Shown here: one piece after another, positions 39,581-49,744 of the stretch | Layout: each line of letters opens with the position of its first letter | Numbering within the stretch: position 1 is the first letter of the stretch | Assembly (NCBI GenBank): GCA_905182185.1 | Contig: CAJJAP010000004.1 | Location: forward strand, 72,178-136,177 | From: an uncultured Candidatus Poseidoniales archaeon | Lineage (GTDB): Archaea > Thermoplasmatota > Poseidoniia > Poseidoniales > Poseidoniaceae | DNA: 64,000 nt | Direction: 5' to 3' | Made by a program: the position numbers and the translations under genes | Notes under the pieces: generated by a model | The model's database searches: none | The model's input: the letters and a program-made list of their open reading frames with translations, nothing else | What the model was told of the DNA's origin: nothing

Positions 39581-40024
39581 TCACTGTTTGTCACTTTCTC
39601 TACCTGGAAAGTTTTCTGGCTTTGATTGCCAAATCATCCAAGTTCCAGTTGCAGTTGCGATTAATCTTCCAGACTGTGTTCTAATTTCACCAGAAAGGTG
39701 AGCGACATTTCTTCCTCTGCGCGTAACAGAGCCTACTGCTTCCAATCTCTCACCGACTCTTCCAGCGTCAATAAATGAAACATTTAGTTGAGTCGTAGCA
39801 CACCATTCTTCCTTTAACAAACCCGAAACTAATGCACCACCGCAAGCCATATCCAGCATTATTGTAAATAGCCCACCATGTGCAACTCCACCTTTGTTAC
39901 AATGGAATTCTTCAACATTGACAAAGACACTACAGTGACCCGGAGACCATTGACCTCTTTCAATAGATAATGATTTTGCCATACCCGATAAATTCGGAGC
40001 TTGTGAGAAAATATCTTCTGCCAT
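39581..40024 (-). CDS. PaaI-family hotdog-fold thioesterase
   Basis: NKGGVAHGGLFTIMLDMACG pattern, ~147 aa. Confidence 0.7.
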   Translation of the reverse strand: MAEDIFSQAPNLSGMAKSLSIERGQWSPGHCSVFVNVEEFHCNKGGVAHGGLFTIMLDMACGGALVSGLLKEEWCATTQLNVSFIDAGRVGERLEAVGSVTRRGRNVAHLSGEIRTQSGRLIATATGTWMIWQSKPENFPGRESDKQ

Positions 40025-40056
40025 AACTACACCTCAACAAGTGATTCAATTTCAAC

Positions 40057-40524
40057 TCACTGGGCAATAATACCTACAACTTTGACCAGTATTCTTTTAT
40101 TGCGCATTCCATCGAACTCTGCATAATGGATTTGTTCCCAAGTTCCTAAGTGTAATTGACCATTTTTTACCGCCATTGTGACTTGTTGACCGAGAAGTTG
40201 CCGCTTTAGATGGGCATCGCCATTATCTTCTCCAGTCTGATGATGATGGTATTCTTCTCCTGTTTTGCCGTCTGCCCCATAAAATGGTGCCAATTTCCCT
40301 AACCAATTCATAATGTCATGATGTAAGCCAGATTCAAGATCATTAACATAACACGATGCTGTAATATGCATTGGATTGACCAATACGATACCATCACTGA
40401 TTCCAGATTGTTTTATGACATTCTGCACATCTTGAGTGATGCACATTATCTCATATCTTTTGTCTGTATTTATCCATAATTCTTCAACATACGTCGCTGC
40501 AGTCCCTGTTACTAAAGTTCCCAT
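40057..40524 (-). CDS. YjbQ/UPF0047 family protein (secondary thiamine-phosphate synthase)
   Basis: HITASCYVND, GEDNGDAHLKRQLLG, GTWEQIHYAEFDG. Confidence 0.8.
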   Translation of the reverse strand: MGTLVTGTAATYVEELWINTDKRYEIMCITQDVQNVIKQSGISDGIVLVNPMHITASCYVNDLESGLHHDIMNWLGKLAPFYGADGKTGEEYHHHQTGEDNGDAHLKRQLLGQQVTMAVKNGQLHLGTWEQIHYAEFDGMRNKRILVKVVGIIAQ

Positions 40525-40576
40525 ATTAATGAAAAATCAGCGACGACTGATGGTATTTTCCATCTTTCATCTATGA

Positions 40577-41389
40577 TTATGAGAATAAACTTGAATCGTC
40601 TAATCCACCATTGGCTGACATAAGTGGTATCGCAACAATCAATCCGCATATTCCATAACAGACTGCTGAAACTGCAATCATAATACCACCAAGTATTGCC
40701 CCACCAAATCCTTGAGTGGCATCGTAGTCTTCCTGTGTCATGTTGCCATTATCAATCTCTTCTAGCATGATATCGCCCATAATAAAAGACGATGCTGATG
40801 CAGCGATAAAACCAACTAAGACAGTTATTAGAACTAATTGAACCCCTCTTCTTTCGTAATTTGTCATCCAATAGCCACCCAAAACAGAAGCGGCGCTTCC
40901 CGCTAAACCAAGAATTGCAATTATAAGTGGAATCACTACTGAGGAATATGACAGGGAACCAACAATATCCATTAGCCCAGACATTACTCCGAAGCAGCCT
41001 GAAATAATTATCAATACTCCAATGACTTTAGCAGCACCTGATGGTTGTTGCACCATTATTACTTGACCAGGAATTATGCCTGGGTGGCCGAGGACTGAAG
41101 GTACTGCACTTACATTCCCCATCATTACTGCTTCAGGAGAATAGTGATTATTAATCACATCGCCTGTGTGTATATCACCACCTACGACACTATCCTGAAT
41201 TGCTGATTCAGGTTGTTTGTGGTCCGGTTGTTGTCCTCCCCATGGGTCTGGCTGCATGTTACTATGTAGGGTGATTAGGTCTTTTAATACTCGTACATTA
41301 TTATGGCATAGGACTGGAATTTCCATTGGTGGTGTTGAAGAAGGAGTGCCTCTTGGATTGTAATGAGGGAGTAATGTTATGGTTGACAT
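40577..41389 (-). CDS. Hypothetical membrane protein (soluble N-terminus, 4 C-terminal TM)
   Basis: The start may instead be M22 (41326), because 41389 overlaps the divergent nadK start. Confidence 0.45.
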   Translation of the reverse strand: MSTITLLPHYNPRGTPSSTPPMEIPVLCHNNVRVLKDLITLHSNMQPDPWGGQQPDHKQPESAIQDSVVGGDIHTGDVINNHYSPEAVMMGNVSAVPSVLGHPGIIPGQVIMVQQPSGAAKVIGVLIIISGCFGVMSGLMDIVGSLSYSSVVIPLIIAILGLAGSAASVLGGYWMTNYERRGVQLVLITVLVGFIAASASSFIMGDIMLEEIDNGNMTQEDYDATQGFGGAILGGIMIAVSAVCYGICGLIVAIPLMSANGGLDDSSLFS

Positions 41390-42263
41390 CTTAGTTGTTT
41401 ACAAGAAGAACTTTGAAGCAGTTCATGATGAAAGCCTCAACCAAATTAGCAGTATTCTTGATGAGATCGGACTTGAGAGAGGCCTGAGAGTGGACATACG
41501 AGCAAGAGAAAGAGTTCGTCGTGCTGATTTTATTGGACGTGATCTGGTGATTGTACTTGGAGGAGATGGAACATTAACCAGTATATCTCACAACATTGAC
41601 GCAAATACTCCGGTAATGGGAGTTAATTCTCATCCAAAAGATGAGGATGAGGATGGAAGTTTTGGTTTTTATATGGATTCTAACATCCACACATTTGCAG
41701 AAGATATTCAATCAGCACTAGATGGGACAGCGATTGAAAATGATTTACCACGCTTACAGGCAATCATCGACACTACATCTGGTAACCGCTTTACAACTGA
41801 CCCTGCAATGAATGATTTACTAATTGCAAATACACATCAATATGCTCCAAGCAGGTATCACTTGCGAAGAGGAGAGGATAAATTGGTCCAGCATAGTAGT
41901 GGATTAATATTTTCTACTTGGCTTGGAAAAGGTGCATGGCTAAGTCATGCTGCAAATGAGCAGCAATACAATCAAATATCCGACTCTATAGAATCTAATG
42001 AAACAGATTCTCATTATTTTATGCTAGCAAGAGACATACCGCATTCGCAAAGAAAGGACAATCCTTGGGCATCTTTAGCTTGGACCTCTGAAACGACCAC
42101 ATTAACATCTGATATGCATAGGGGAATGATTGTCCCTGATGGATGGGATGAAGTCCATTTCAATAGAGGTGCTACGATTACAGTTAATTTAGAAGCACCG
42201 AGAATTAGATTGTTAACATTTAGGCAATCGATGAGTCAACGTCTTCACAACTTGAGCAAATAG
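41379..42263 (+). CDS. nadK: NAD kinase
   Basis: DLVIVLGGDGTL motif, with NDLLI downstream. Confidence 0.8.
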   Translation: MVDILVVYKKNFEAVHDESLNQISSILDEIGLERGLRVDIRARERVRRADFIGRDLVIVLGGDGTLTSISHNIDANTPVMGVNSHPKDEDEDGSFGFYMDSNIHTFAEDIQSALDGTAIENDLPRLQAIIDTTSGNRFTTDPAMNDLLIANTHQYAPSRYHLRRGEDKLVQHSSGLIFSTWLGKGAWLSHAANEQQYNQISDSIESNETDSHYFMLARDIPHSQRKDNPWASLAWTSETTTLTSDMHRGMIVPDGWDEVHFNRGATITVNLEAPRIRLLTFRQSMSQRLHNLSK

Positions 42264-42376
42264 GATAGTTACGGCAACCTGGGCTGATGATCAGCCTATA
42301 CCAATTATACAATTGCAATAATTCAAGTTAAATCCATTTGGTTACTTAATGTAAAAAGTAAACCTTGGCATCGATT

Positions 42377-42414
42377 AAAAAAGGGTGGAAACGGGGGCCG
42401 AAGCCCCCGTTTCC
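42377..42414 (-). terminator. 12-bp GC-rich hairpin with C(UUCG)G tetraloop followed by ACCC-TTTTTT, 10 nt after the 16S 3' end
   Basis: Minus strand: GGAAACGGGGGC-TTCG-GCCCCCGTTTCC (42414..42387), then a T6 run (42382..42377). Confidence 0.7.
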
Positions 42415-42423
42415 GGGTTTCTT

Positions 42424-43889
<1,466 letters not shown>

Positions 43890-44145
43890 TCTCTTGTTAC
43901 GATCCTTTGGGCTACTTGTCACTTTTTCAATTTAATGAATAGCTGACCTAAAAAAATTGGCGAGAAAATAATGCACTTGAGCTTCTTGCACAAAATACGT
44001 CATAATCTCGATCACCTTCCTGACCCTGAGCTTGCTCCATGAGGAGGTTTCTCTGAATCGCAATGGCTTCGGCTTCACGTATGCAGAGGATGGCGGCAGT
44101 CATTGTCCCGAGGGACTCAGCCGCCAACGCCGTTCTACACAACGC

Positions 44146-44175
44146 AAGCAACCCCCCGTCTCACCTCCCCTATAT
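44146..44175 (-). promoter_or_regulatory. 30-nt conserved G-rich motif, copy upstream of 16S (ATATAGGGGAGGTGAGACGGGGGGTTGCTT)
   Basis: 26/30 identical to 58871..58900 upstream of rpl3, in the same orientation. Contains a TATA-like ATATA and the SD-like GGAGGTGA. Confidence 0.55.
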
Positions 44176-44439
44176 CAAGATAACCTATCTCGCAGGGGGC
44201 GAGAAATGACGCACTGCTAAGCAATTATTGGCAAAAAATTCCGGCCCTGGCTCTTCAATTATAGGCCGGCGCCAATAACCACATTCCAATTAGTCAAAAT
44301 GGCGACTGATTATGAAGCAATAAGACTGATTTTCGCCCTATTAGGACAACTATCGTTCAAAGACAAGTTCTGATGCAAAATTGACAACAGGACCGATACT
44401 AACAATGTTGAGGCATCGATGGCCGGAGGCCCCTGTAAA

Positions 44440-46383
44440 TCATTCAGCGCCGAAGAACTGGCGGATCATCGGATGCATCTCCATCGCCTGTTCTTTCTGA
44501 ATCTGCTCATAGGTCCGCAAGATGATACCAACGGCTAGCAATAGACCTGTACCCGTAGCATTACCCACCGTACCTAACAAGTCGGCACCAGCAGCTAGCA
44601 ATCCTACGAAAGCACCAGAGAAGTATGTCACTGGAGGAATATAATTCTCAAGAATCTTTTCTAAAATCTTTGGATTCTTACGGAAACCTGGAATCTGCAT
44701 TCCGGTCCGTTCAATCTGCTTTGCTACGTCCTTCGTACCCATATTTGTAGTATCTATCCAGAACTTAGCGAATACCATAGAACCTGCAGTCATCAAGGCT
44801 ACATAGAATACTACGTGTACCATGATTTGAGTTAGCGAATGGCCGAATTGATCACCAGTTTGATTGAGCAGCGGCATAAACCAATCATTCACCCCATTTA
44901 CCATACTTGCATACCAGGCAAATCCACCTGAGGCCGTCGTTTGACCTTGATCATATGTACCGATATATTTCGACATAGAAGCGATACCCTCCCGACCCAA
45001 TATTGGTGTCTGCGAGAGCGTAGGATGGCTCCAGAACAAGAGTGTGAACATGTTGACGTTTGCTAATAAAGCGGCCATTAAAATGACCGGAATGTTACTC
45101 GCATAAACTAAACGAATAGGATATTTACCTCTATGACCACGGACTTTACCATGAGTCAAAGGAAGTTCCAATTTACTTGATTCTGCGAATGCAACAACTA
45201 GGAACACAACGATGGAAGAGAATAGCGCAGCCATAGGGTTGACGTGAGTCAGTAAAATGGTTTCGAAACCATTACCACCGCCAGGCAGTGAAACCATTTG
45301 GGTTGCCGTCGCCTCCCTAAACATGTAGAATATCATCGGTAGTGTCCCTGATGGAGGATTGGCTAGACTGTATGCTTGTCCTGCTGTAGCAGGGAGAGGA
45401 GAGAGAGTTCCAACGAATGTTGACTGTGCAACACCTGCAGCGATGAATAAGGAGATACCAGAGCCGATACCCCACTTGCTGACAAGTTCGTCGAGAAGGA
45501 ATACCAGGTAGGAACCAGCGAATAGTTGAGCGACGATAACGAAGTTAGCCCAACCCATTCCATATGCATCGATTAGCCACTCACTAGGATCTAAGAACCC
45601 ATAGGTCTGTGGAATCGATTCAATTGGGATCATTATTAGAACAAGTAGTTTTTGAACACCTTGGTAAAGAGCTTTATCATCGGAGTCACCTAGATCTAAT
45701 CTAATAATCTTAGCACCAGCGAATAATTGCATAATAATGGAACCAGTAACGATTGGACCGATACCCAAGTGCATAATGGTACCAGAAGCACCTGCCATAA
45801 TCGAACGGAATCCACTGAATAGGTCAAGTGCTTGACCTGACAATCCGAATAGCATGACATTGGTCATTGCGAAATAGATAATCAAAACGAATGTGGTAGT
45901 CCACATCTTTTCATTAAATCTAACGTGTCGGTCTGGCTTGGTAATAGTTGGGTAAACATCTACGAATCTTCGTAGAGCGTATAAACGGCTGCTTTCATCA
46001 CCACTCCACATGAAACAAGTAAGGATAGCAGCAGCCCCGAATCCAAGGAGAATAACCCCCACAAGGAAGAAACCTACTGCTTCATCATAACCGCCCCATG
46101 CTGCAGGACGGACATAGTAAACTGCGAATGCAACAAATGCCAACCATCCCATTAATTTACCATAACGGCCGACAAACTTCTCTTTCAAATTACTTGGGAC
46201 ATCTGTTCGGAAACAGAAGATACAATACGCAAGATAAATTACAGACAAAACCAGACCAACAACTGCTGCTTCGAATGCTGGACCACTTTCTGTGGATAGA
46301 GCATCTGATTGCCAATAGATCATCAGAGCATAGTATAATGCACCGGTTAATCCGATTGCCCATGGTATTGATTTGTGTTTCAT
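44440..46383 (-). CDS. secY: Preprotein translocase subunit SecY with ~135-aa N-terminal 4-TM extension
   Basis: The canonical archaeal SecY N-terminus (ITKPDRHVRFNEKMWTTTFVLIIYF) starts only at about residue 140 of the 647-aa ORF. Confidence 0.92.
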   Translation of the reverse strand: MKHKSIPWAIGLTGALYYALMIYWQSDALSTESGPAFEAAVVGLVLSVIYLAYCIFCFRTDVPSNLKEKFVGRYGKLMGWLAFVAFAVYYVRPAAWGGYDEAVGFFLVGVILLGFGAAAILTCFMWSGDESSRLYALRRFVDVYPTITKPDRHVRFNEKMWTTTFVLIIYFAMTNVMLFGLSGQALDLFSGFRSIMAGASGTIMHLGIGPIVTGSIIMQLFAGAKIIRLDLGDSDDKALYQGVQKLLVLIMIPIESIPQTYGFLDPSEWLIDAYGMGWANFVIVAQLFAGSYLVFLLDELVSKWGIGSGISLFIAAGVAQSTFVGTLSPLPATAGQAYSLANPPSGTLPMIFYMFREATATQMVSLPGGGNGFETILLTHVNPMAALFSSIVVFLVVAFAESSKLELPLTHGKVRGHRGKYPIRLVYASNIPVILMAALLANVNMFTLLFWSHPTLSQTPILGREGIASMSKYIGTYDQGQTTASGGFAWYASMVNGVNDWFMPLLNQTGDQFGHSLTQIMVHVVFYVALMTAGSMVFAKFWIDTTNMGTKDVAKQIERTGMQIPGFRKNPKILEKILENYIPPVTYFSGAFVGLLAAGADLLGTVGNATGTGLLLAVGIILRTYEQIQKEQAMEMHPMIRQFFGAE

Positions 46384-46451
46384 GAAATCGCCTCTTATTG
46401 TTGGATATTATTTTTATTTATGAGTATTGAGGTTCAAAACCTTGGATAAGT

Positions 46452-46859
46452 TCATTCTTCTCCGGCTTCTTCCATTTCTAGAGAGCCGCCAGCAGCTTCA
46501 ATCTTCTCGATAGCTTTTGCACTTGCTTCAGCGACTATAATCTTCAATGCAACCTGCATTCGTCCACTTCCAAGAACCTTGTCGATATCTAATGCCGTCA
46601 AATCCAGTGTATCTGCACCATTTGCCAATTCTTCGAGTTGACTTACATTTACAGTAACACTGAAATTTCTAAGTGTTGGGTGACGGTTAAAACCGTGCAT
46701 TCCCCAGTGATTTGGCATGTACTTGTTACGGTACATAACACGGTGCTTATTCATACCCGCATTACCACGTCCACCACGCTTTCCTGCTCCACGACCTGCT
46801 TTCTTTCCACGACCGTGGTAACGGTTTCGTCCACGATGCTTATTTGCTTTAGTTCCCAT
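46452..46859 (-). CDS. rpl15: 50S ribosomal protein uL15
   Basis: G/R/K-rich N-terminus and operon position between L30 and SecY. Confidence 0.9.
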   Translation of the reverse strand: MGTKANKHRGRNRYHGRGKKAGRGAGKRGGRGNAGMNKHRVMYRNKYMPNHWGMHGFNRHPTLRNFSVTVNVSQLEELANGADTLDLTALDIDKVLGSGRMQVALKIIVAEASAKAIEKIEAAGGSLEMEEAGEE

Positions 46860-46870
46860 TCAAAATCACC

Positions 46871-47341
46871 TCAAATCATACGCTCTACAAGAGCTGTAAT
46901 TTTATCGCCACGAGGGCCAAGTCCACCGCCAATAACGAATGTGCGCTTTATTCCGCCCCATCCCTTTGCTCCAACTGGTGGATGTAATCTAAACACACGC
47001 TTCAAGTCAGGTACTGCCTTGACTGTCGCTTTATCAGCGCAAATTGCCTTAGCAAAAGCCTTAATATTCTTGAAATCAGTGTGTTCTGCAACTATTTCAT
47101 CTGTCAATGGCTTGTCACCGACCATACGGCCACGCTCAGCAAGCATCTTCTCAACAAGTTCCTCTGTTGCTTCTCCCCAAGTGATGTAATCCTTGGCCTT
47201 CTGTAACATACCACGGTATTGCTCATTATTTGGAATAATGATTGCATGATTGACCTTAGTCAGGTTTAGATGGCTCATAGTCTCACGAATAGATCGTTCA
47301 ACATTTACATTACTTCTTGCACGTACTACGATAAAACTCAT
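46871..47341 (-). CDS. rpl30: 50S ribosomal protein uL30
   Basis: Archaeal L30/L7e-type sequence and operon order. Confidence 0.9.
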   Translation of the reverse strand: MSFIVVRARSNVNVERSIRETMSHLNLTKVNHAIIIPNNEQYRGMLQKAKDYITWGEATEELVEKMLAERGRMVGDKPLTDEIVAEHTDFKNIKAFAKAICADKATVKAVPDLKRVFRLHPPVGAKGWGGIKRTFVIGGGLGPRGDKITALVERMI

Positions 47342-48102
47342 TCAATCATCCTCCCTTTGTGAATAAACAGACGTTCTGTTTGTTCGTTCGAAACACGGGT
47401 TGTGTTAAGATTTTTCAGCGCATTAAATGTTGCTGCGGCATAGTTGATTGTGGTACGAGTTTGTCCCTTGGTTCTTGAAAGTACGTCGGTAACTCCTCCA
47501 AGTTCAAGTACACGCTTTCCAGTTTCTCCAATAACTAATCCCTTACCAGATGGTGCAGGCATTAGAGTTACACGAGTAGAGGCTGAGCGTCCCTTAATCT
47601 TGAAAGGAATAGATGTTCCAGGACCCATAGAAGATTCCCAAGAACCATTTCCACGTTGTACTGAGATAACATTCAACTTTGCTGCGACGATTGCCTTTTC
47701 GATAGCTTGTCCAACGTCCTTTGCTTTTGCCATTCCAAGACCAACATATCCATCACGGTTGCCTACGCAAGCCATTACATTGAATCGGACACGTCGTCCA
47801 CTGTCAGTCATTCTTTGAATCATGTTAACCTGAATTACTTCATCCTCAAGATTTGGGATTAGTGCATCAACGATTTCAACTTCCCTAATAGGGAATCCAG
47901 AAATCAAAGCTTGTTCAAAGGTGATAATTTCACCAGCCATGACCTTTTGGCCAAGACGAGTACGTGGTTCCCACTTACGCAAATTTGCAATCGGATCATT
48001 CTGCTTTCTTTTACGGCGGCGGTCTGATGGATCTTCCTTTGGTTCAGGAGCATGAGCCTGGATTAAACCTGGCGCCATTGGTTTTACTTCTTCTTCAGTC
48101 AT
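47338..48102 (-). CDS. rps5: 30S ribosomal protein uS5 (with N-terminal extension)
   Basis: S5 dsRBD and C-terminal domain motifs (VVGNRDGYVGLG-like) and operon order. Confidence 0.92.
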   Translation of the reverse strand: MTEEEVKPMAPGLIQAHAPEPKEDPSDRRRKRKQNDPIANLRKWEPRTRLGQKVMAGEIITFEQALISGFPIREVEIVDALIPNLEDEVIQVNMIQRMTDSGRRVRFNVMACVGNRDGYVGLGMAKAKDVGQAIEKAIVAAKLNVISVQRGNGSWESSMGPGTSIPFKIKGRSASTRVTLMPAPSGKGLVIGETGKRVLELGGVTDVLSRTKGQTRTTINYAAATFNALKNLNTTRVSNEQTERLFIHKGRMIE

Positions 48103-48103
48103 A

Positions 48104-48613
48104 TCAGTAAGCCTCCTCTATTGCATTCTTTGTTGATTCTACCGCAGTTGCGATTGCATCACTGATGTGAGCGCCTGCTATCCTGCCTTCATCCGGCAAT
48201 ACATTCTCGCCATGAGGAATTTCTAATCCAGCATCAACCATACCCTTTAGGGCAGAGAAAACTCGCCCACCAGGGGTGCTTGCAGCAAGACCGATGTCCA
48301 GAACTGCTTCTGTTGCACCAGTTGCTAATGCTGCCTTGCCCATTGCAAAGCCCACTAGGTATGAAGCAGAAACAGATTTTTGAGAGAAACTCTCAGGCCA
48401 TCCGTATTTCTTTAGTAAATCAGAGCCGGTAACAGTAACTGCAACCAAATCTCCGTCCTTTGCCCAAGAAACTAATTGGCAAGTTGTTCGAGTGTTTGAG
48501 ATACGAACTACTGCACGAGGTTTATTGCCACGAAGTAACTTCAAACGGCGACGGTAATCTGTCAGTCCTGCTCTGCGTCGTCTAAATACTGAGCGTTGTC
48601 TATTTCCTCGCAT
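48104..48613 (-). CDS. rpl18: 50S ribosomal protein uL18
   Basis: RRRAGLTDYRRRLKLL N-terminus. Confidence 0.92.
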   Translation of the reverse strand: MRGNRQRSVFRRRRAGLTDYRRRLKLLRGNKPRAVVRISNTRTTCQLVSWAKDGDLVAVTVTGSDLLKKYGWPESFSQKSVSASYLVGFAMGKAALATGATEAVLDIGLAASTPGGRVFSALKGMVDAGLEIPHGENVLPDEGRIAGAHISDAIATAVESTKNAIEEAY

Positions 48614-49074
48614 TATTGTTCACCTCCAGTGAAAGTTACACCCTCAACAGTCATCTGTGAGCGCATGTGAGCAATAGAACGGTATGAACCGCCCTTTGCC
48701 TTTAGATAATAACGGCGATACTGAGAAGGTTCGATAGTACCATCTGCACGGAAAGCCTTGAGAACACGGCGTTGGGAACGAATTGTTCTCATCCAACGGT
48801 TCTTCCTTGGGTTACGAGCGTTAGCAGTACCTGCACGAGTACCATGTCCCTTACGGCGACCCTTACGCTTTTGAGCAAGACGTAGGCGAGCACGAACACG
48901 AGATGTCCCCTTGATCGGCTTGGCCTTAATCCAGCCTTCTTCTATGAATTCACGGATGTCATCAGCTTGTACTGAATTAGCAATCTGGTCAACATATGAT
49001 GGGTTGATCCAAACACGGTGGACACCACATTTTAGAATTCTTGCAGCTAAACGCTTTTGATTAGTAATTTGCAT
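48613..49074 (-). CDS. rpl19e: 50S ribosomal protein eL19
   Basis: QKRLAARILKCGVHRVWI. Confidence 0.93.
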   Translation of the reverse strand: MQITNQKRLAARILKCGVHRVWINPSYVDQIANSVQADDIREFIEEGWIKAKPIKGTSRVRARLRLAQKRKGRRKGHGTRAGTANARNPRKNRWMRTIRSQRRVLKAFRADGTIEPSQYRRYYLKAKGGSYRSIAHMRSQMTVEGVTFTGGEQ

Positions 49075-49739
49075 TAAACATCCCTCCTTCTGTTAAGAAC
49101 ACGGATACCTAATTCATCAGCACGACTGTAGATGTGTCCGCACTTTCTTCTACCGACAGTACCACCAACACGTGCTGCTTCTGTCTCAGGATCAATCTCT
49201 TCCAAATCCCCAGAATTTTGAACCATTACTTCTCTAAATCCAGATGGATGTAGGCCATGAGCAGCGGAAACTTTTCCGTGACCGACTCTAACCAATGAAG
49301 AACGGTACTTGAGGTTCTTACGTTGTTTGTTGTCCATTCCGTGAGGTGCTCTCCAACCTGAGCGTGCAAGACGCTTGTATCGGAACCACTCAGTACGGCG
49401 GAAGGAAGGGGTTGCCTTCTTTTGCTCTGCACGTAAAGCTAGTGCTGCTTTTGTAGCATCATCTAGAACTGGCTTTTGTTTTGCGACGTGAACTTCTGCG
49501 ACATCCTTGTCCCAGTCTTCTTCATCGTCCCAGTTCTCGTCTTCTTCGGTAACTGTTGCTTCTTCAGCAACTGCTTCTTCAACAACTGCTTCTTCAACAA
49601 CTGTTTCTTCAACAGGTGCATTCCCTGCATCACTCAAACGAGAGACGAGGTCTGCCTTCTTTCCAGAAACTGGAAGTCCTGCTTCCTTCAGTTGAACCTT
49701 AAGTTCAGCGACTGTCATATTATCATAATCTTCTGTCAT
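49074..49739 (-). CDS. rpl32e: 50S ribosomal protein eL32 with N-terminal SAP domain and acidic linker
   Basis: The C-terminal ~110 aa is eL32-like (FRRTEWFRYKRL...WRAPHGMDNKQR). N-terminus TVAELKVQLKEAGLPVSGKKADLVSRL. Confidence 0.88.
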   Translation of the reverse strand: MTEDYDNMTVAELKVQLKEAGLPVSGKKADLVSRLSDAGNAPVEETVVEEAVVEEAVAEEATVTEEDENWDDEEDWDKDVAEVHVAKQKPVLDDATKAALALRAEQKKATPSFRRTEWFRYKRLARSGWRAPHGMDNKQRKNLKYRSSLVRVGHGKVSAAHGLHPSGFREVMVQNSGDLEEIDPETEAARVGGTVGRRKCGHIYSRADELGIRVLNRRRDV

Positions 49740-49744
49740 TCAAA

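Noticed and set aside
41379-41389. 11-nt head-to-head overlap of the divergent genes 40577..41389 (minus) and nadK (plus)
   Set aside because: This is most likely a start-codon over-extension of the minus-strand gene. Using Met-22 at 41326 gives a normal intergenic spacer. It is not evidence of anything unusual.
43900-43960. Leader-trailer processing stem (bulge-helix-bulge) flanking the 16S gene
   Set aside because: The best complementarity I found between the 5' flank and the 3' flank is a 7-bp AAAAAGU/ACUUUUU match in AT-rich sequence, which is too weak to call.
43948-44220. Two mutually antisense ORFs (67 aa minus strand, 62 aa plus strand) in the region upstream of 16S
   Set aside because: Neither has an SD or a plausible start context, they overlap each other, and their composition looks non-coding. 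The region is better explained as a structured pre-rRNA leader.
43981-44240. Possibility that the GC-rich segment is the SRP (7S) RNA or RNase P RNA gene
   Set aside because: I looked on both strands for the helix-8 C(GGAA)G ... AGCA signature of SRP RNA and for the RNase P CR-I (GAGGAAAGUCC) and CR-V (ACAGAA..GGCUUA) boxes, and found none. The nearest match, CAGGGUCAGGAAGGUGAUCG, lacks loop closure.
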